From positions 8,866,001 through 8,930,000 of the forward strand of contig CP075494.1 in the NCBI GenBank assembly GCA_021613535.1: a stretch of 64,000 nt of DNA, written 5' to 3'. The position numbers and the translations under genes are program-made. Below are positions 11,070 to 25,997 of the stretch, piece by piece (the stretch's first letter is position 1; every line of letters starts with the position of its first letter). The stretch is from Adineta vaga. Its lineage: Eukaryota; Animalia; Rotifera. Under the pieces are notes generated by a model. That model was not told where the DNA came from and searched no databases. It worked only from the letters and a program-made list of their open reading frames with translations.

Positions 11070-14000
11070 TTAAACATCAGTTTGAAAAAATGAAGATGAT
11101 TCACTTGATTTCTCATCATCATCATACAGATCAGAATCACTTGTATGTTTAAAACGATCGATTGTTGGTGCTGTATTAAATGCAAAATTTCTACGTTGAT
11201 CATTCATATTATTAATTGGTTTAATAAATAATGTTGGTGTTGATGTTAATGGATTCTTCATACGTAAGTGTTCGACAGTATTTATACCGTTATTTATTGT
11301 TTTTGGTGCTATGAATATCAAAATTTATGATCTTTCAATGAATTTCATCCAATTAGTTGTACTTACTTCTAACGATCCTTGCATATACAGGTACATCAGA
11401 TAAGGAAATTGTCGATGTTACCATGTTAAGATGATTATGAGGAAATGAATGTTTATCATCTCGAGTTGATATCAAAGGTTTTGATAGAACTTGATCATTT
11501 TCTGAAGACATATTAGATGAATCGGTTAAATCAATATCATTCGATTCGATTAAATTTTCCGTTAAATCCGATAGAGTATTCATACGAATTCGATAATTAA
11601 TTTGACTATCTGAATTATGAATATTGAAATATTCTAATTTGAATATGAACAAAAGAAAAAAGTTGACTCAGAAATAAACCAATTCAAACTTACGTGTTGG
11701 TGAAGATGAAACTAAATTAAATAGTAAAGAATAAACATGAATATTATGAACTTAAAAGAAAAACTTACAATCGAATACATCGATCGGTTGTACATTATTT
11801 ATATGTTCTAAAAACAAGCATCAAAAGATCAAAAACATAGATATGAATTCATAATAATCAAACCATAATCAATAGAAGTATAATGATCATGATAATTCAT
11901 TTGTTCGATACTTGAATAATATTTCGAGTCCGTATTCTAAATAAGAAGAATAAATGTTCATGATTAATTTTTTCTGTTCGACTAGACTTACACGAATACC
12001 ATGTGCACATTCATTCGATAATCGACGAAGAATCTATTCAGATGAACAGAATATATTAAATTTTCTGAATCTAATTACTCATACTCTATTTGATGGAACG
12101 TTATCCATCGATGTCATTTGTTTTTTCTCTCCATCCAATTTGACTAATGTCTGGATCGGACTTTCAATTTGATCAATCCCTACAGACGATTTATGGATCA
12201 GCAAAGGTGATGAAACCGAAAGATTTCTTTGATTGAAATTCGCTTGTCGTTTCTTACAATAAATCATCATTATAATCAATAAAATACATACAATGATTAA
12301 AATTGTTAATGCAATATAGATTGATCTTCTCAAAACTATGGATAATGATACAAATGTTGGAATACATGTATAAGATTGATTGGAATTGGATGCAAATGGA
12401 AAACATTGTTCATCAAATTGACATGGATGACTTTCACATGGATGTAAATCGATTTGACATTGACGACCAATAAAACGTGTATTAGAACAATTACAAATAA
12501 AACTTAAGCCATAATTTGTACAAAGATTTCCATGATAACATGGATGATATGATGAACAAATATCATCATAATCGAAATATTCACGAATAACTTCTGCAAA
12601 TTGACAATTCGTTTTTGTTCCAATAAATTCAATTGAAGAATCCGAATTTGTTTCATTTTGAAATGAGATTATCTCATTATTTAATGTCAAATTTCCCATA
12701 CAACCATCGAAATCCGAACCCATTATTAATTGTGTGAAATTTAATGAATCAATCTTTTGAAATAAACTTATTTTCTTACTAAAAACATGATCAAGTCGAA
12801 GAAGATAGTAAGAATAATGTTGAGAATAATCAATAGAAAAATCAAAATCATGCCATTGACCATCATGAATTGACATTTGATTTAATTGCAAAAGATTCTT
12901 TCCATTCATTTCAAAATTTATATAACCATCAATGATTTGTATGTCAAACGAATGCAAATTAGCATTCATATAAGTTAATTTAAGCAATTTTCCTTGAATA
13001 GATTCTGTTCGAAAACTAAATGTTAGATTAAAATGATGCAAGAAATTTACTGTTAAATTCATTCGAATGAAAGCAAAACCATCGAAAGTTAACGTATTGA
13101 TAGAATCTAAATAGATAATTAAAGTAAAGATTCATTGGTATCAATCGAAAAGAGCAAACCTCGACATGTCGGTGAATTTATATTGATACATTCCAAGGAA
13201 TTTTCCATTGTTTCATATTCATAATTACATGAATCATCCATACATTGACATGTATATAATGTTGGACTATGCTCAATACATCTTTCCATAGTTAAACATG
13301 GATTTGATGAACATGGTGATGGTTTATCTTGTTTAAATTGACAATATTCTCCATAATAATTGTTTGCACACAGAATTGAATATTCCGTTGATATTTTGGT
13401 ATTAAACGTTGATAGGTATTCGAAATGAAATATTCATATTGATTATCTAATAAATGAATATGACTTGTACAAGGTGCATTGTTTTCACATGGATTTGTTT
13501 GACATTGATTGAGAAGAATCTTTTCAAAGATATTCGTCGAATTTTTTAAGATATTATAAAGAATCTTTCGATGAATATAACGAAAGGAAGTTAAACGTGA
13601 AATAGCAATGAGTAATTCAATATGATTGTCTTGAAAATCAAATGTATAGATATGAACACGATATAATTGTACATTGAGAATTTCAGCTAACTTTTGACGA
13701 ATGATTGGCAAATGATGACTAATAAATTGTTCAGAAGTTGTATTAGATTCGCGTTTAATTATTAATGAAATCGTTCGATTTAACATTTCATTATTGATTG
13801 ACCATAGATGAATATGAAGAGTTTGTGGTTGAATAATTGATGGAAAGAAGAGTTTGGTTTTATTCTGAAGAATAATATTAGGAATTGACTTCGATGGAAT
13901 GAATGCGATGAGTTGAAGTTCAAAAGTGATTAATGAAGTATGATTGAAAAGTTTGAAATAAAGTTCAGTTTGATTGCTCGATAATTGTTGAAGAAAAAAT

Positions 14001-17000
14001 GATTTATGTGGAAGAAGATTGAAGTAAATAGTTGAATATTGAGAATGATTTTCAATTAATAATTCTCCGAGTTTGATATTCGAAGAATTTTCATCAAGAT
14101 TGATATAACCATCGATTGTTTGAGAGAGTATTTTAGGATAATCGATTTGATGTTGATAATAAATCAAACGAAGATGTAAATCAGAGAAAAGTTTATCATT
14201 ATCTAAAACACGGATGATTAAATTATCTTCTTGATTGTGCGTAATCGATTTTTCAAGAATAACTTCAGTTGAATTCGACGATGAACGAAGAGTATACATT
14301 GATAAAGGATTGTTTAAGATTTCAAATGTTAATTTCGATTGATCTTTATCAATTGCTTCGATAATATAAAGAGTTGTGTGTATCAAAGGAGAATAGAGAT
14401 AAAAAAGTGTAGTGAAATTTTCAATTAAAAATTCAGGAGAATTATCGTTTATATTACGAATAAATATAGTAAAATTTAATATTGATAATAAGATTGACTA
14501 AAATATAAAACCATATTTTCATAAAGAATATATAAATGACTTTTTTTGTAAATTACCTGATTATCACGATCGTGTACTATTACCGTTAGATTATATTCAT
14601 GTGGATCGATTTCGTAATCGAATATTTTTCGACTAAGAATCGTTCCATTATCAGATATAATCTCGAAATAATCCATTGAATTATTTAACTGATATATAAA
14701 ATCTTTCGAATATCTTCCGATTACACATATATTTGTTCCATAGGGTTGATTTTCATCAAGAAAACATCGTTGAATATTATCGAATCGATAATAAATATAA
14801 TCATCATTAATAATTGTAAGAAAAACATTTCGTTGATCAGTTAAATTTACTTCATCTTCGAATGCTTCAATTGTGAATGTTAAATTTGTTATAGTTAATG
14901 GAAGAAATTCATTCAAATAGATCTTTGCCGTCTGTTTTTCAATTGAAAATATCGAAGATGAATTGATTAAACGATACGTTATACGACCATTATTCATAGG
15001 ATCGAGACTTGTTGCATTTATTTGAGCAAGCATTGTACCTGGTCGAATGGATCTGTTGATTTTTAATTGATAAATATCTTCTGGAAAGAAAGGACCATGA
15101 TCATTGAGATCATTGATATTGATAATTAATGTATCAATAAGATTCTTTTGAGTAAAATCATTCAAAGCAATAATTTCATACTGAAGTTTTTCACCATGAA
15201 TTTCACGATCGAGTTTAGTTAATAGAACAATTGAACCAGTCATTATATCAATTGAAATCTCTGTTGTTGAGTTTTTAAGATAGAATTTATATTGAAAAAA
15301 ACTTAAATGATCAAGATCAATTAGTTGAATGCGACCGATGTAGAAAGGAATATGATTATTTTCTGGAATATTATGAACTAAAGAGTTTTTATGGAAAGTT
15401 ATTGGATTATCTAGAATATTGTTTAATTTAATTATTAATAATAGTGAACAATTCAATTGATTTGGTTGAAGAAATATCGAAAATTGATACGAAGTTTTTT
15501 CTTCATAATCTAGTCGAGATTTGATTGTTAATAAACCAGTCGTAGAATTCAAGTGAAAACTTCGAGAATCATTATTCATATGATCCAATGACATATTAAT
15601 TGATAGAGAATTATTATTGATTATAGATAAAACATTTTTAATATTTCCAATAATTGTATTCAAAGGTGCTTCTTCAACAATCATCCATTCAATTGGCATC
15701 TAATCGAAAAGGAAGAATAAAGACTTAAACTAAAGAAGTGTTGAACAAAAAAGAAACAAACTCACAGATGGACAAATAAAATTTGACCATTTTGGTGTTC
15801 GTACTATTGAAATATTCGTACGACAATAAGATAATAAATATGAAGATGTAAGAATGATTAATTCAAAATATTCTTCTGCCGTTTGATTAAGCAACGATGA
15901 AACTAAATATAATTGACCGAATGAATTAATAGAAAACATTCCATATTTATCTCCAGATAAGATGTAATAATGATTCGTATTATTCTTCTTGAAATGAATA
16001 TCTCGAATGATAGTTCCTGATAAACTTTGATCCGATATTGAGATAGATATATTTGAACATAATGGAATCTTCGTTGGTATTTCAAAGTCTTTTCTTCGTT
16101 TAAAGATGATATGAATAACAGCTGTATCATTTAGAAAAGTTTTTTCATCAATTGCATAAACAAATAATTGAATATGAACAATATTCTTTAGTTTATTTGA
16201 AGTATATTTAAATGAAATGATTCCAGTTGTTTGATTGATTAATAAACCAAAGGAATTCGTTTGTAATTTATATCGAATTGTATTCGAACTTTCCGCAAAT
16301 ACTTGAATATTTTTTGTATAAAAATAATAGACATTCGATGAAAATATTGGTTTTATATCAGATGGAAGAAATGAAATTTTCATTTGACTTATTGAAATCA
16401 TTTTCTCATCGATAAATTCTAATTCAAAAAAACATAAATTGGATAAGATAGGTTGAGTATTAAAATATAATTGATTTTGATTGAGATAAAAATTCTCCGT
16501 ACAATTATTGATTGTTAATGGTGTTGAAAGGATTTTCATTGAAAAATTTCTTCGAGAAAATGTTTCTATTAGATAATTTGGTTTTAAAGTTGAAGTTTCA
16601 AATTGATATTCATAAGATTTTCTATTCAATAGAATATTTTTGTCAATAAAAATGATCTGAATCGTTGTTTGACATGTAAAATTTTTCCAATAACCATTTA
16701 TATCAAATTGATAGATTTTCGATGGATGTAAATATTGTTTTAGAATTAATTTATTTTGATTAATTTCTAGAAGATTTGTCGGATGATCAATTTCGAATCG
16801 ACCTGATGATAATGTTTGATGGAATAGATCAACAAGATGAAAATGAAAGATTTCCGAAGGAATCTTAATCGGTGGAATCAATGGTATGGAATAAAGATAG
16901 GAGGTAAATTTCGGTTGAATAGGAGAGAAAAGTTTGATTTTTGTATAAACAATTTGTTGAGCACGATCAATCGCTGATGCATAGAATTCGATAGTTTGTG

Positions 17001-20000
17001 AGAAAAATGTTTTATTACTTGTAATTAAACCAGAATATTGATTGATTTGAATTCCATCGGGTTCAAGATATAATTGATAGATGATTTGATCATTTGGATC
17101 AGAATCATAAGCGAATATTTGTCCAAGAATTTTATTATATGGAAATGAATATTCTTCGGCGGAAAATTTGGGAGCAGTTTTTGAAAAGTTATTTATGATT
17201 ATTGGAAGATACTTTGTAGTACGATGCCAACCATCACTAACACCGATCTTTAAATTGATCATTGTTTGATCTATCGAAGTATTCAAAGTGATAATACCAG
17301 TTTTATGATTGATAGAAAAGAATTTTTGTTGATTTTCATCAAGTAAATAATAAATTAGATGTTCATTATCGAATAAATCTAAATCGTGAGCAAATAGTTT
17401 CGTGACAAAAATATCATCAGATGAAATAGTTAGATTTGAAGGAAGATTTAGAAAGATTGGAGGATGATTATTATAATCGAGGACGGTTAATTTAATAATT
17501 AAGATTTGATTGAATGGAGATATATGCATTTTAAAAGAATAGAATGATTTAGATAAATGATTGAGAAGAATAACTTGTCCAGTATTTGAATTGATTTCGA
17601 ATAGAGTAGAATCGTAATCAAGTAGAGAATAGTGAAGGTTTTCTATGTGAGATAAATTCGGTTGAAATATAATTGAACCTGGTGGAAGAATTTCTGGCAG
17701 TGTTTGATGATAAATAGAAGAAGAGAATGTTCGCATTTCTGGATGACAAGTATAAATCGTTACGTTTGTTGTTGCTTGTTGTTGATAGATTAAATCACGA
17801 ACAATAATTTGTAATTGGCTTGTTGTTTGATTGTAGAATTCATTCGGAATATATTGAACAGTTCCATTATCAGGATTGATGTAGAAATGCTTCGTTGGAG
17901 ACAGCAAATGATAGACAAGATGGCTTCGATTTTGATAATACGGTTGAGCAGATATTTGACCAAGAAAAGTTGGTTGATTGAGATTATTGGGAAAATGAAG
18001 AGAAAATGTATATGATCTTTGAAAGAATATAGGAGAGATGATATCGTTGTTGATCAAAGAACTCGTATGAAGTTTTATCTTGTTTTGAAACTATTTAAAA
18101 TTATATTTGATAGTTATTGATTAAACTGAAATTGAACTATACCTGTTTAATACCTCCAAATCTTTCTATTTCCAAATCATCATTTTTTTGAACAATTACA
18201 GAAGTTCTTGTCAAAGATTTATTCAATTCAAGCAAACAACGTGAATTTTCCACTTCAATTAATAGTATTAAATCATCTGCAACAATTGAATATTGATCTT
18301 GATAACGTAATAAACCATATGCATGATCAAGATGAAATAAATCATTGTGATTTAAAAGATAAAAGGATTGTTTTGCTTTTGTATTCAAAACTTCAATAAA
18401 TCCAATTAAATCATTTGTTATTGTTGAATGTATTCGATTCAATGAACATTGTAGTATTTCTTTTGATAGAATATTTATTTGAATTTGAATTGTTCCGATG
18501 AGAAAATCGAAGAAATTTTCTTTAGTTGAAATAAGAGAAGCATTCTTGATGAATAATCTTTTGTTTCGATCAATAGAAAACATGGAAGCTATTTTTTTAT
18601 CAAAGATTTTCAGATTAGAATCAATTTCATTTAGATAACCTATTGTATAATTACTGACAAATGGTTTCAATAATTTGAATGTATATGTCGATTCTTGATA
18701 TGAATGAATAAAAATAGTTAAACGTGTAAATGCAAGTAATGTTTGATATTTTGCTCGTAAAAGAAAAGAATATTGTTTTGAAAAGTAACGACGAGGAATA
18801 TAATTGATATATCCAGTATATTGATCGAAATGAAATGGATTTGAATCAGTTTGGTCGAGAAATTCATAGATAATATCAAATGGATTAGAATAATTCTCTC
18901 GATTTTTGATTGTTATACGAAGTGGTTCGTTGTTATTATAGACAATTAATGTATGATTAATGTAACCGTAGTAAAATTCTTTTTCAAATATGAAATCAAT
19001 TGATTTCTTAGAAGATTGTTGATTCAAAGTAATGGAACATACAGCAACATTTGTAGGTGTAAATGGATCAAATCCAAGAATGGTTAGAGAATTGTATGGA
19101 TCATATTGTTGACCTGTAAATGGATCAATACTACTTCTTGGTATTGATTTGTAAGTATAAAGATAAGGAGAATGATGTATATGAAGTGGACAAGTAAATT
19201 GAATATTAATGTTAGAAATTAATAATGTTACTGTACAAGTAATAGGTTCTTTTTGTAATGTATCGATGATGGTTAGTTGTAAAGGATAAATGTATGAACG
19301 AGCACGAGATTCATCAAGAAGAACCAAAGATTGATTTAATGGATCGATTGAAAATAAACCTAGTGGATCACCTTAAAAAGAGAAGCATTGTAAATAAAAA
19401 TTTCTTTCTATGAATAAATATTGGGATTGTACAAAAGATATGAGTAGCCTCATTGATATTCACATGTTTCTAGAATATTACTAATCAGCTAGCCATCTTA
19501 CCTTCGATAATTTGTGCATCTGATCTGATTCTTTTTGCATAATTCTTATTATTAACTAATTCCAAATCAAGTAAATACTTCTTTTGATTTCTGATCAATG
19601 ATGTTTCGAATATAACTAAATAATTGTCATGACTAAATCGATAGAAATGATTTCCTTGATATTTCAGTCTTTCTTTATCAAGAATATTAATATGAAAGCG
19701 TGTAAAAGTTAGATAAGATATAGATGAACAATGATAAACAATTGATAATAAATGTTGTTCACTTATGGAATTTTCTAATGATTGAATAATAATTATTGAA
19801 CCTGATAATGGATGAATACGAAAGAAATCTTTGGATTTAATTTTTTCGACTGAATGAATTTTATATGTACAATTTTCAAATGGATTTTCGATAGTTAAAC
19901 GTGCGATTTCAATCCCAATTGGCAGATTTTTCGAGACTGAACTGTAGTAATCCGTTTGAGAGAAATGAATTTGTGGAAGTTGAATATTTTGAATAGAAAT

Positions 20001-23000
20001 AACAATCTGAAATACAAGAATATCAAGTAAATAATAAACCAAATTAGAAAAGATGATTTACTTTGATGGTATTCCAATGAATCCAATCGTTTGTTACATT
20101 GATATGCAATTCAATTATTGTTGTTTTATTAATTAATTCAATTAATGGACGAGTTAAAATCAATTCACCTGTTTCGAAATCGACATGAAAATAACGTGTA
20201 TGATCAATATGACTGATCAATATAAACCATTGGGTATGAGTAGTATTCATTCCAAGATGTAAGATTGTTGAACCAACTTTTATTGTTGTTAATAATACTA
20301 TTTGAATTGTTGATTGATTCATTGGTAATAAGATTGTTTTAATGGTTCTTATTGGTCGAATTCGAATTTTTACAGGTAGAATAACTCGTGATGAAACAAT
20401 ACGCCATTTTCGACGATCAGATTGTTCATCCAGTTCGTTTTCTTCTAGTCCGATATCATCGTAATGTGCAACAGTAAACGCTTCAATCTATTCAACAACA
20501 GGAACAACAACAAAGGTTATATATCATTTTTTATGATTACTTACATTGAATTGATAAGTTGTATAGGGATATAATGGTTGTTTAGTAGCAATGTAACCAG
20601 TTTGACGATTAATTATAAAATATTGATTAAGATCAGTGATTCGATAACGAACTTCAAGATTTTTCTCATAACTATCGTTCTCTAATAGAGCAATGATTTG
20701 AAATAATCGTTGTCGTATTCGTGTCGAACTCGATGAAATATCTACTAAATCGATATTATAGATGGGAGAATGTATAAATTTTGGTGTTAATTGTTTACGT
20801 TGAATAAGATCTACTTTCAAATAACAATCAACGGATAATTGATGTTGAGAATCTAACGCATGTATTGTTAAAAGATAATTTGATTTTGATAAACGAATAG
20901 TCTGATGTGGCCATAATAGTTGTATGAAACCTGTTTGTTTATCGATAGCAAAGATTTTTTCATTAGTAGTATCGTTCAGTAAAGAATATTGTAGATGAAT
21001 ATTATCATAGAATGTTATTGCTTGAATATTGATAAAGGGATATTGAATTGAATAATCATAAAGTTTAATTTGTTGATAATTATCTACACATTGTGGTAAA
21101 TAGAAATTTTCTTCGTTAATCGATATGTAAACACGAATAAATGAATGTGGTGGATGAGCATAGTAACGTGTTAGACGTATTGATAACCAATAGGATAAAT
21201 TAGTTGTATCGGGAAGAGATTGAACAAGATGAATAGAACCTAAAAGTTTAAAAGTGAAAAAGCAAGTTATATTTATGGTATAGTAGTACTGAATGAAAAC
21301 AAACGTTCAAACATACCTTGTTGATCGATAGTAAATAGTACAATAGTTTCTTCACGAATAATTTCAATAAAATCGATCGATGTTTTATCCAATTGTAATC
21401 GTTGATAGATATTCGTCACAATTGTTCCAACAGGTGTTGATTGATTGATAACTACACTATACGCTGGTGTAGATACAAGTATTGGTTCTTGTACTGAAAT
21501 GAAACGTTTTATACGAATAGAAATCCATGTTTGATTTCTGTGAATACCATCGAATACTCTCACTGTTATGTTAAATATTTGATCAGTAAATCGATGGAGA
21601 TCAAATTTTAATTGTAGATAACCAGTAGATTGATTGATTTTAATCCATGGATTGGAATCAATTGAATATATCAATTTAGTAGATAAATCTGCATCTGATG
21701 CAAACACTTGTCCAATAATTGTTTCGCGTGGTAAATCAGAGAAAACATCAAAAGTATAATTTGTTAATGAAAATTGTGGAATATTATCGTTAACATCCAT
21801 TATAGTTACATGTAATGTCATACAAATCGATTGAAATTGTATTTGTTGACCTTGATCAGAAGCGAGAATATAGAGAAGAAGAAATGGTATTTGTTCACGA
21901 TCAATCGGTTGAATAGAATTGATTTGTCCCGTAGACGAATCTATCGTAAAATATTGATTGTAATTCAGTAAGGAATATGTGATTGTACCATTTTCATTTT
22001 GATCAGGATCATATCCATGAACATGAAAGATGTTGAACTGAATTTGATTTTCATTCAAGTAAATATGATTATGAAATGAATGACATCTAGGAACATTATC
22101 ATTTACATCGTTGATGTAGATAGTAAAGATCATTTTTTGATAGAATTTCTTTGAATATTGAAAATGAAATGAAGTATTCTTATTTTGAATTGTATAGAAC
22201 TCTTGTAATTTAATTGCATAAGTAGATTTTAATCGTAATTCGACATCGAAATGATATTCCATTTGTTTTTCACGATCGAGAGAATGAATTAATTTTATTG
22301 TTTTTTCATTCGAATCTATAGTAAATGGTACTGATGTATCATTAATTATATAGGAAAAGAGATTCTCTTTTTCATCATTAATAAACAAAGGAAAAGAATC
22401 AATTGTAATTGGTAGATAATCAATAATCGTATTGATTTGCATATCTTCAGAAAGATAATATGTCTTTGAATGTTGTTTAAAACCAATATGAAGATCAATT
22501 GTTTCAAATTTCGAAGAATATACACTAAATCAAACTAGTCGTTGTTTTGCTATGAATAAAAATATCATTGTACTCACCTTCTGTCTAGTATTGTGAGTGA
22601 ATATTGTATTGATTGATTGTTCGATATTGTTTGTAAATCGTGATGAAAGAATTCTAATGAAAAATGAATTCTTGATTCTAAACTTCTTGGTTGTCCCCAA
22701 TCGAATGCAATGATTTGTAAATCATAAATTTTTTGTTCAAGAAAATAATCTTCTTTTCGGAAATCGACTAAACCTGTATTTGAATCAATTTCAAGCGGAC
22801 AATCATTCAAACAATTCCATAAACGATATGAAATTCGACCATTTGTTTCTTTATTTTCATCATGATCATATGCTTGAAATTGATATGGCAATTGAACGAA
22901 TTCATTTAATGTATGATTAGAAAATTCCGGTGGATATTTATTGATTTCTTCAGTATAAATCTCAATTCTTGTTTTAACAAAATATAACTCAGTAAATAAA

Positions 23001-24351
23001 TTAATTTCGGCTTGAATTTCAACAAGATATCGATCATATTTTAATGGTAAAGCAAGACGTAATACTCCGGTTGTTTGTTCTAGATAAAATTGTTGTTGAT
23101 TAGTTAAGAGTTTATATTTAATAGGAAAGATTTCATTTGATTGTAATTGAATATGAGTAATATATGAATGAATAGGTAGATCTTCTTCTAGAACAATCGA
23201 TGGAATTGATTTGAAATAAAATTGAGATATATTTTGTTGAATGGATGGAGTTAGTTGATGTGAAATATATTGACATTCCGTACGATTAAAAAAGCAGAGA
23301 AGTAAATGAAGGTCATATTGTTGAAAAGTGATATTATTCAAATAGATTTCATTTTGATGAAAGAATAGATTGATTGAATTGCTCGACGAATTCTTGAGAA
23401 TAAATATTTCAAATGTTGAAAGTTCAGGAATGATCTCAATTGTTATAATCGGTTGATGAATATTCATTAAATTCCAATTTGTTGTTTGAATAACAGAAAT
23501 CTGATATGATGAAACCATCTCTTTGAATTGAATTGTTTCATTAAAAATTGTTATGATTTCATGAGAAATATTTCTTGCAGGAAAAGTTAATTTTACATGT
23601 GCTTTCGTTTTCATATCATGATCGATGAGATATTTTCGATGACGATCATAGGCATAAATATCAAATTCATATATTGATTGTAAATTATCAATAGATATCA
23701 AATACAATTCACCAGTTAATGGATGAAGTGAAAATACATGATGAAATGATGATAATTCATAGAGTATTTGACCATGTTGAATTTCATCAGCATCACTAGC
23801 ATGAAAATGAATGAGAGATTGATGAACTGTTAAAGGTTCAGTAAAACTTTTTGAGTACATATCAAGATCAAAAACAGCATCATTGTCATTTGAATCAGCA
23901 ACATGAAGATTAATCTAAGGATAGATAAAAATATATTTCTCTAAGAAGAAAAAAAATGAAAATATCTTACTGTTGCTTGTTCGGTATAACTCCTTTGAAT
24001 GGTACTAATTTTTGCTTGAATATGAAGAATATAAATATCTTGATATTCTCGATTGATTTCTAATGATCGTGTGATATTAAGAATAAAAAAATAGAAATCT
24101 CCGATATATTTTGTATGAACAGAAAATAAATTGAAATGATTATTATCGATCAATTCATAATCGATAGATTTGATATTTGAAGTATGAGATATACCAATTG
24201 GAATTTGATTAGGATAGAGTAATAATGAATTGGAAAGAATGTTTTCTTGACACCAGAGATCATAAATTGATTGTGTAAAGTATATATTCTTTTGTTCAGT
24301 AATTCGACTGAGTAAAATAAAACCAAGTATACAAAGAGATAATAAAGACAT
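11070..24351 (-). CDS. Fat-like (Fat1/3-type) giant atypical cadherin, multi-exon, roughly 4000 aa; one apparent frameshift at ~13374
   Basis: Signal peptide MSLLSLCILGFILLS (ATG 24349-24351), many cadherin repeats (DxNDNxP, LDRE, LDYE), then EGF, laminin-G, EGF repeats, a TM (IYIALTILIIVCILLIIMMIYC), a cytoplasmic tail and a C-terminal QTDV like the Fat1 HTEV PDZ ligand. The ORF pieces checked join in frame through GT-AG introns. Confidence 0.88.
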
Positions 24352-25997
24352 GGAAAAAGAAGAAGAAACACTTGAAATCTGAAATAGATTAACAAAATGA
24401 TAATCATCCATCGATTGACTCTGTAATAGACTTTTAACATGTCTATAGTTTAGGACACTATATGAATAGACAAATATAAACATATTCATAATGATAGATG
24501 AGTGACGAAAGGATCATCAATGATGATGTCTAAACAATCTAATTGACTAAATGTTGAACAATTCGATTTGTATAGTAATAAATAGAATACAGTATTTTCC
24601 ATTGTTTACTATCTGCTTAATGATATTATTAAGTTATGTGGAGAGTATCTTTCGAATTTTGTTTTTACTTACTCGATCGTTTAGTTTTCTGTTTCGTCTT
24701 TGAAAGAAAGAATAAAGATAGTCGATAGAGAAATCAATTTTTTGTTATAAAGAATGGCAATGTATGTATGTATGATGTAATGATAATATTAACTATTGCG
24801 AATATTTAGGAAGTATAGTTTATAATCCATACGACATCCGATTGCTTTTGTAACTTCATTTTAAGTTATGTCTATTTCATCAAGGCTATTTCTAGTATTC
24901 GCTTATGATTTGATTACATCAGATGTAGAATTATCAATAGAAAGAAAGAGAAGAATGGATGAACAAAAGTAGTTATTTTTTTTCTGTTGAATGTGTGAAG
25001 ATAATCTTTTGTAAAACATTATCACTAACTTGTAAAAAGTAAGTGATCACCATAGTCATTGTCACAGCAGGAATCGTATGACTAAACATGAATACGAATA
25101 TGTTTAGGTAATATGATAACAGGTTGAATGTGAACACTTCGATTAGAAATAAGTGATTGCAAGTGATGGTTGATGAACAATGATTATAAATCATTGCAGA
25201 TGTTAAGAATAAGGTAATAGATTCATAGAGTCGATGGAAGCAACAAGCAAGTTATGCGATGAATATAACTAATTGAATGATGAAAATGAAGATGATTTGT
25301 ACATCACCAATCAATTAGTAGAAGAAGAAATGAAAAAAAATCGAGAAGAAATAGTTTTAGTTCATTGTTTATTTATTTGAATGAAGAAAATTGAATTTTT
25401 GCATTAGAGAATGCCAAGTGATACTTGCAGCAATTCTGTACACACTTATCAGTTAATGAAGAAGGTCATTGGATTATTTAACGATAAGAAGAAGAAGAGT
25501 ACTATTGGTGTCACATACTGTTCTCTCTCGCGTCCTTTTTTCTCTTTTCGTTCGATCAGATGCTTTAGGGTCAAACATTCAATCAAGTTGATTGAGTGAT
25601 CTGAAGGAGAAGAACAGAAGAGAACAGAGCGAGAAGTTCATTAAAGTATAAACAAACGGGAAAAGACTTTAGCATTTCTTTATTAAACAGCTGTATTATC
25701 GATTGACCTGGAAATCGAGATAAAAAATGATATGGCGTCATTCAAAAATTGTTATTATCAAGTATTATTCTAACAAAGAAGAAAAAAAAACATGTTTAAA
25801 GGGTGTTTTTTTAAAGTATAGGATTGAGTATCATGAAAGGATGATGACTTAACATGCCTTTTAGTAATAAAGAAAGGTTCAATAAATAAAAAATCTATCT
25901 ATCATTTTCTTTGAATCATCTTTAAATTCGTTTGTTTTTGTATTTATGTACATATTTATTGAATGATTAAGAATCAAAAAGTATATAAATCTGTTTT

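Noticed and set aside
13201-13290. Suspected second, compensating frameshift in the Fat-like gene
   Set aside because: On re-reading, HSPTLYTCQC is in frame, so only the 13374 lesion stands.
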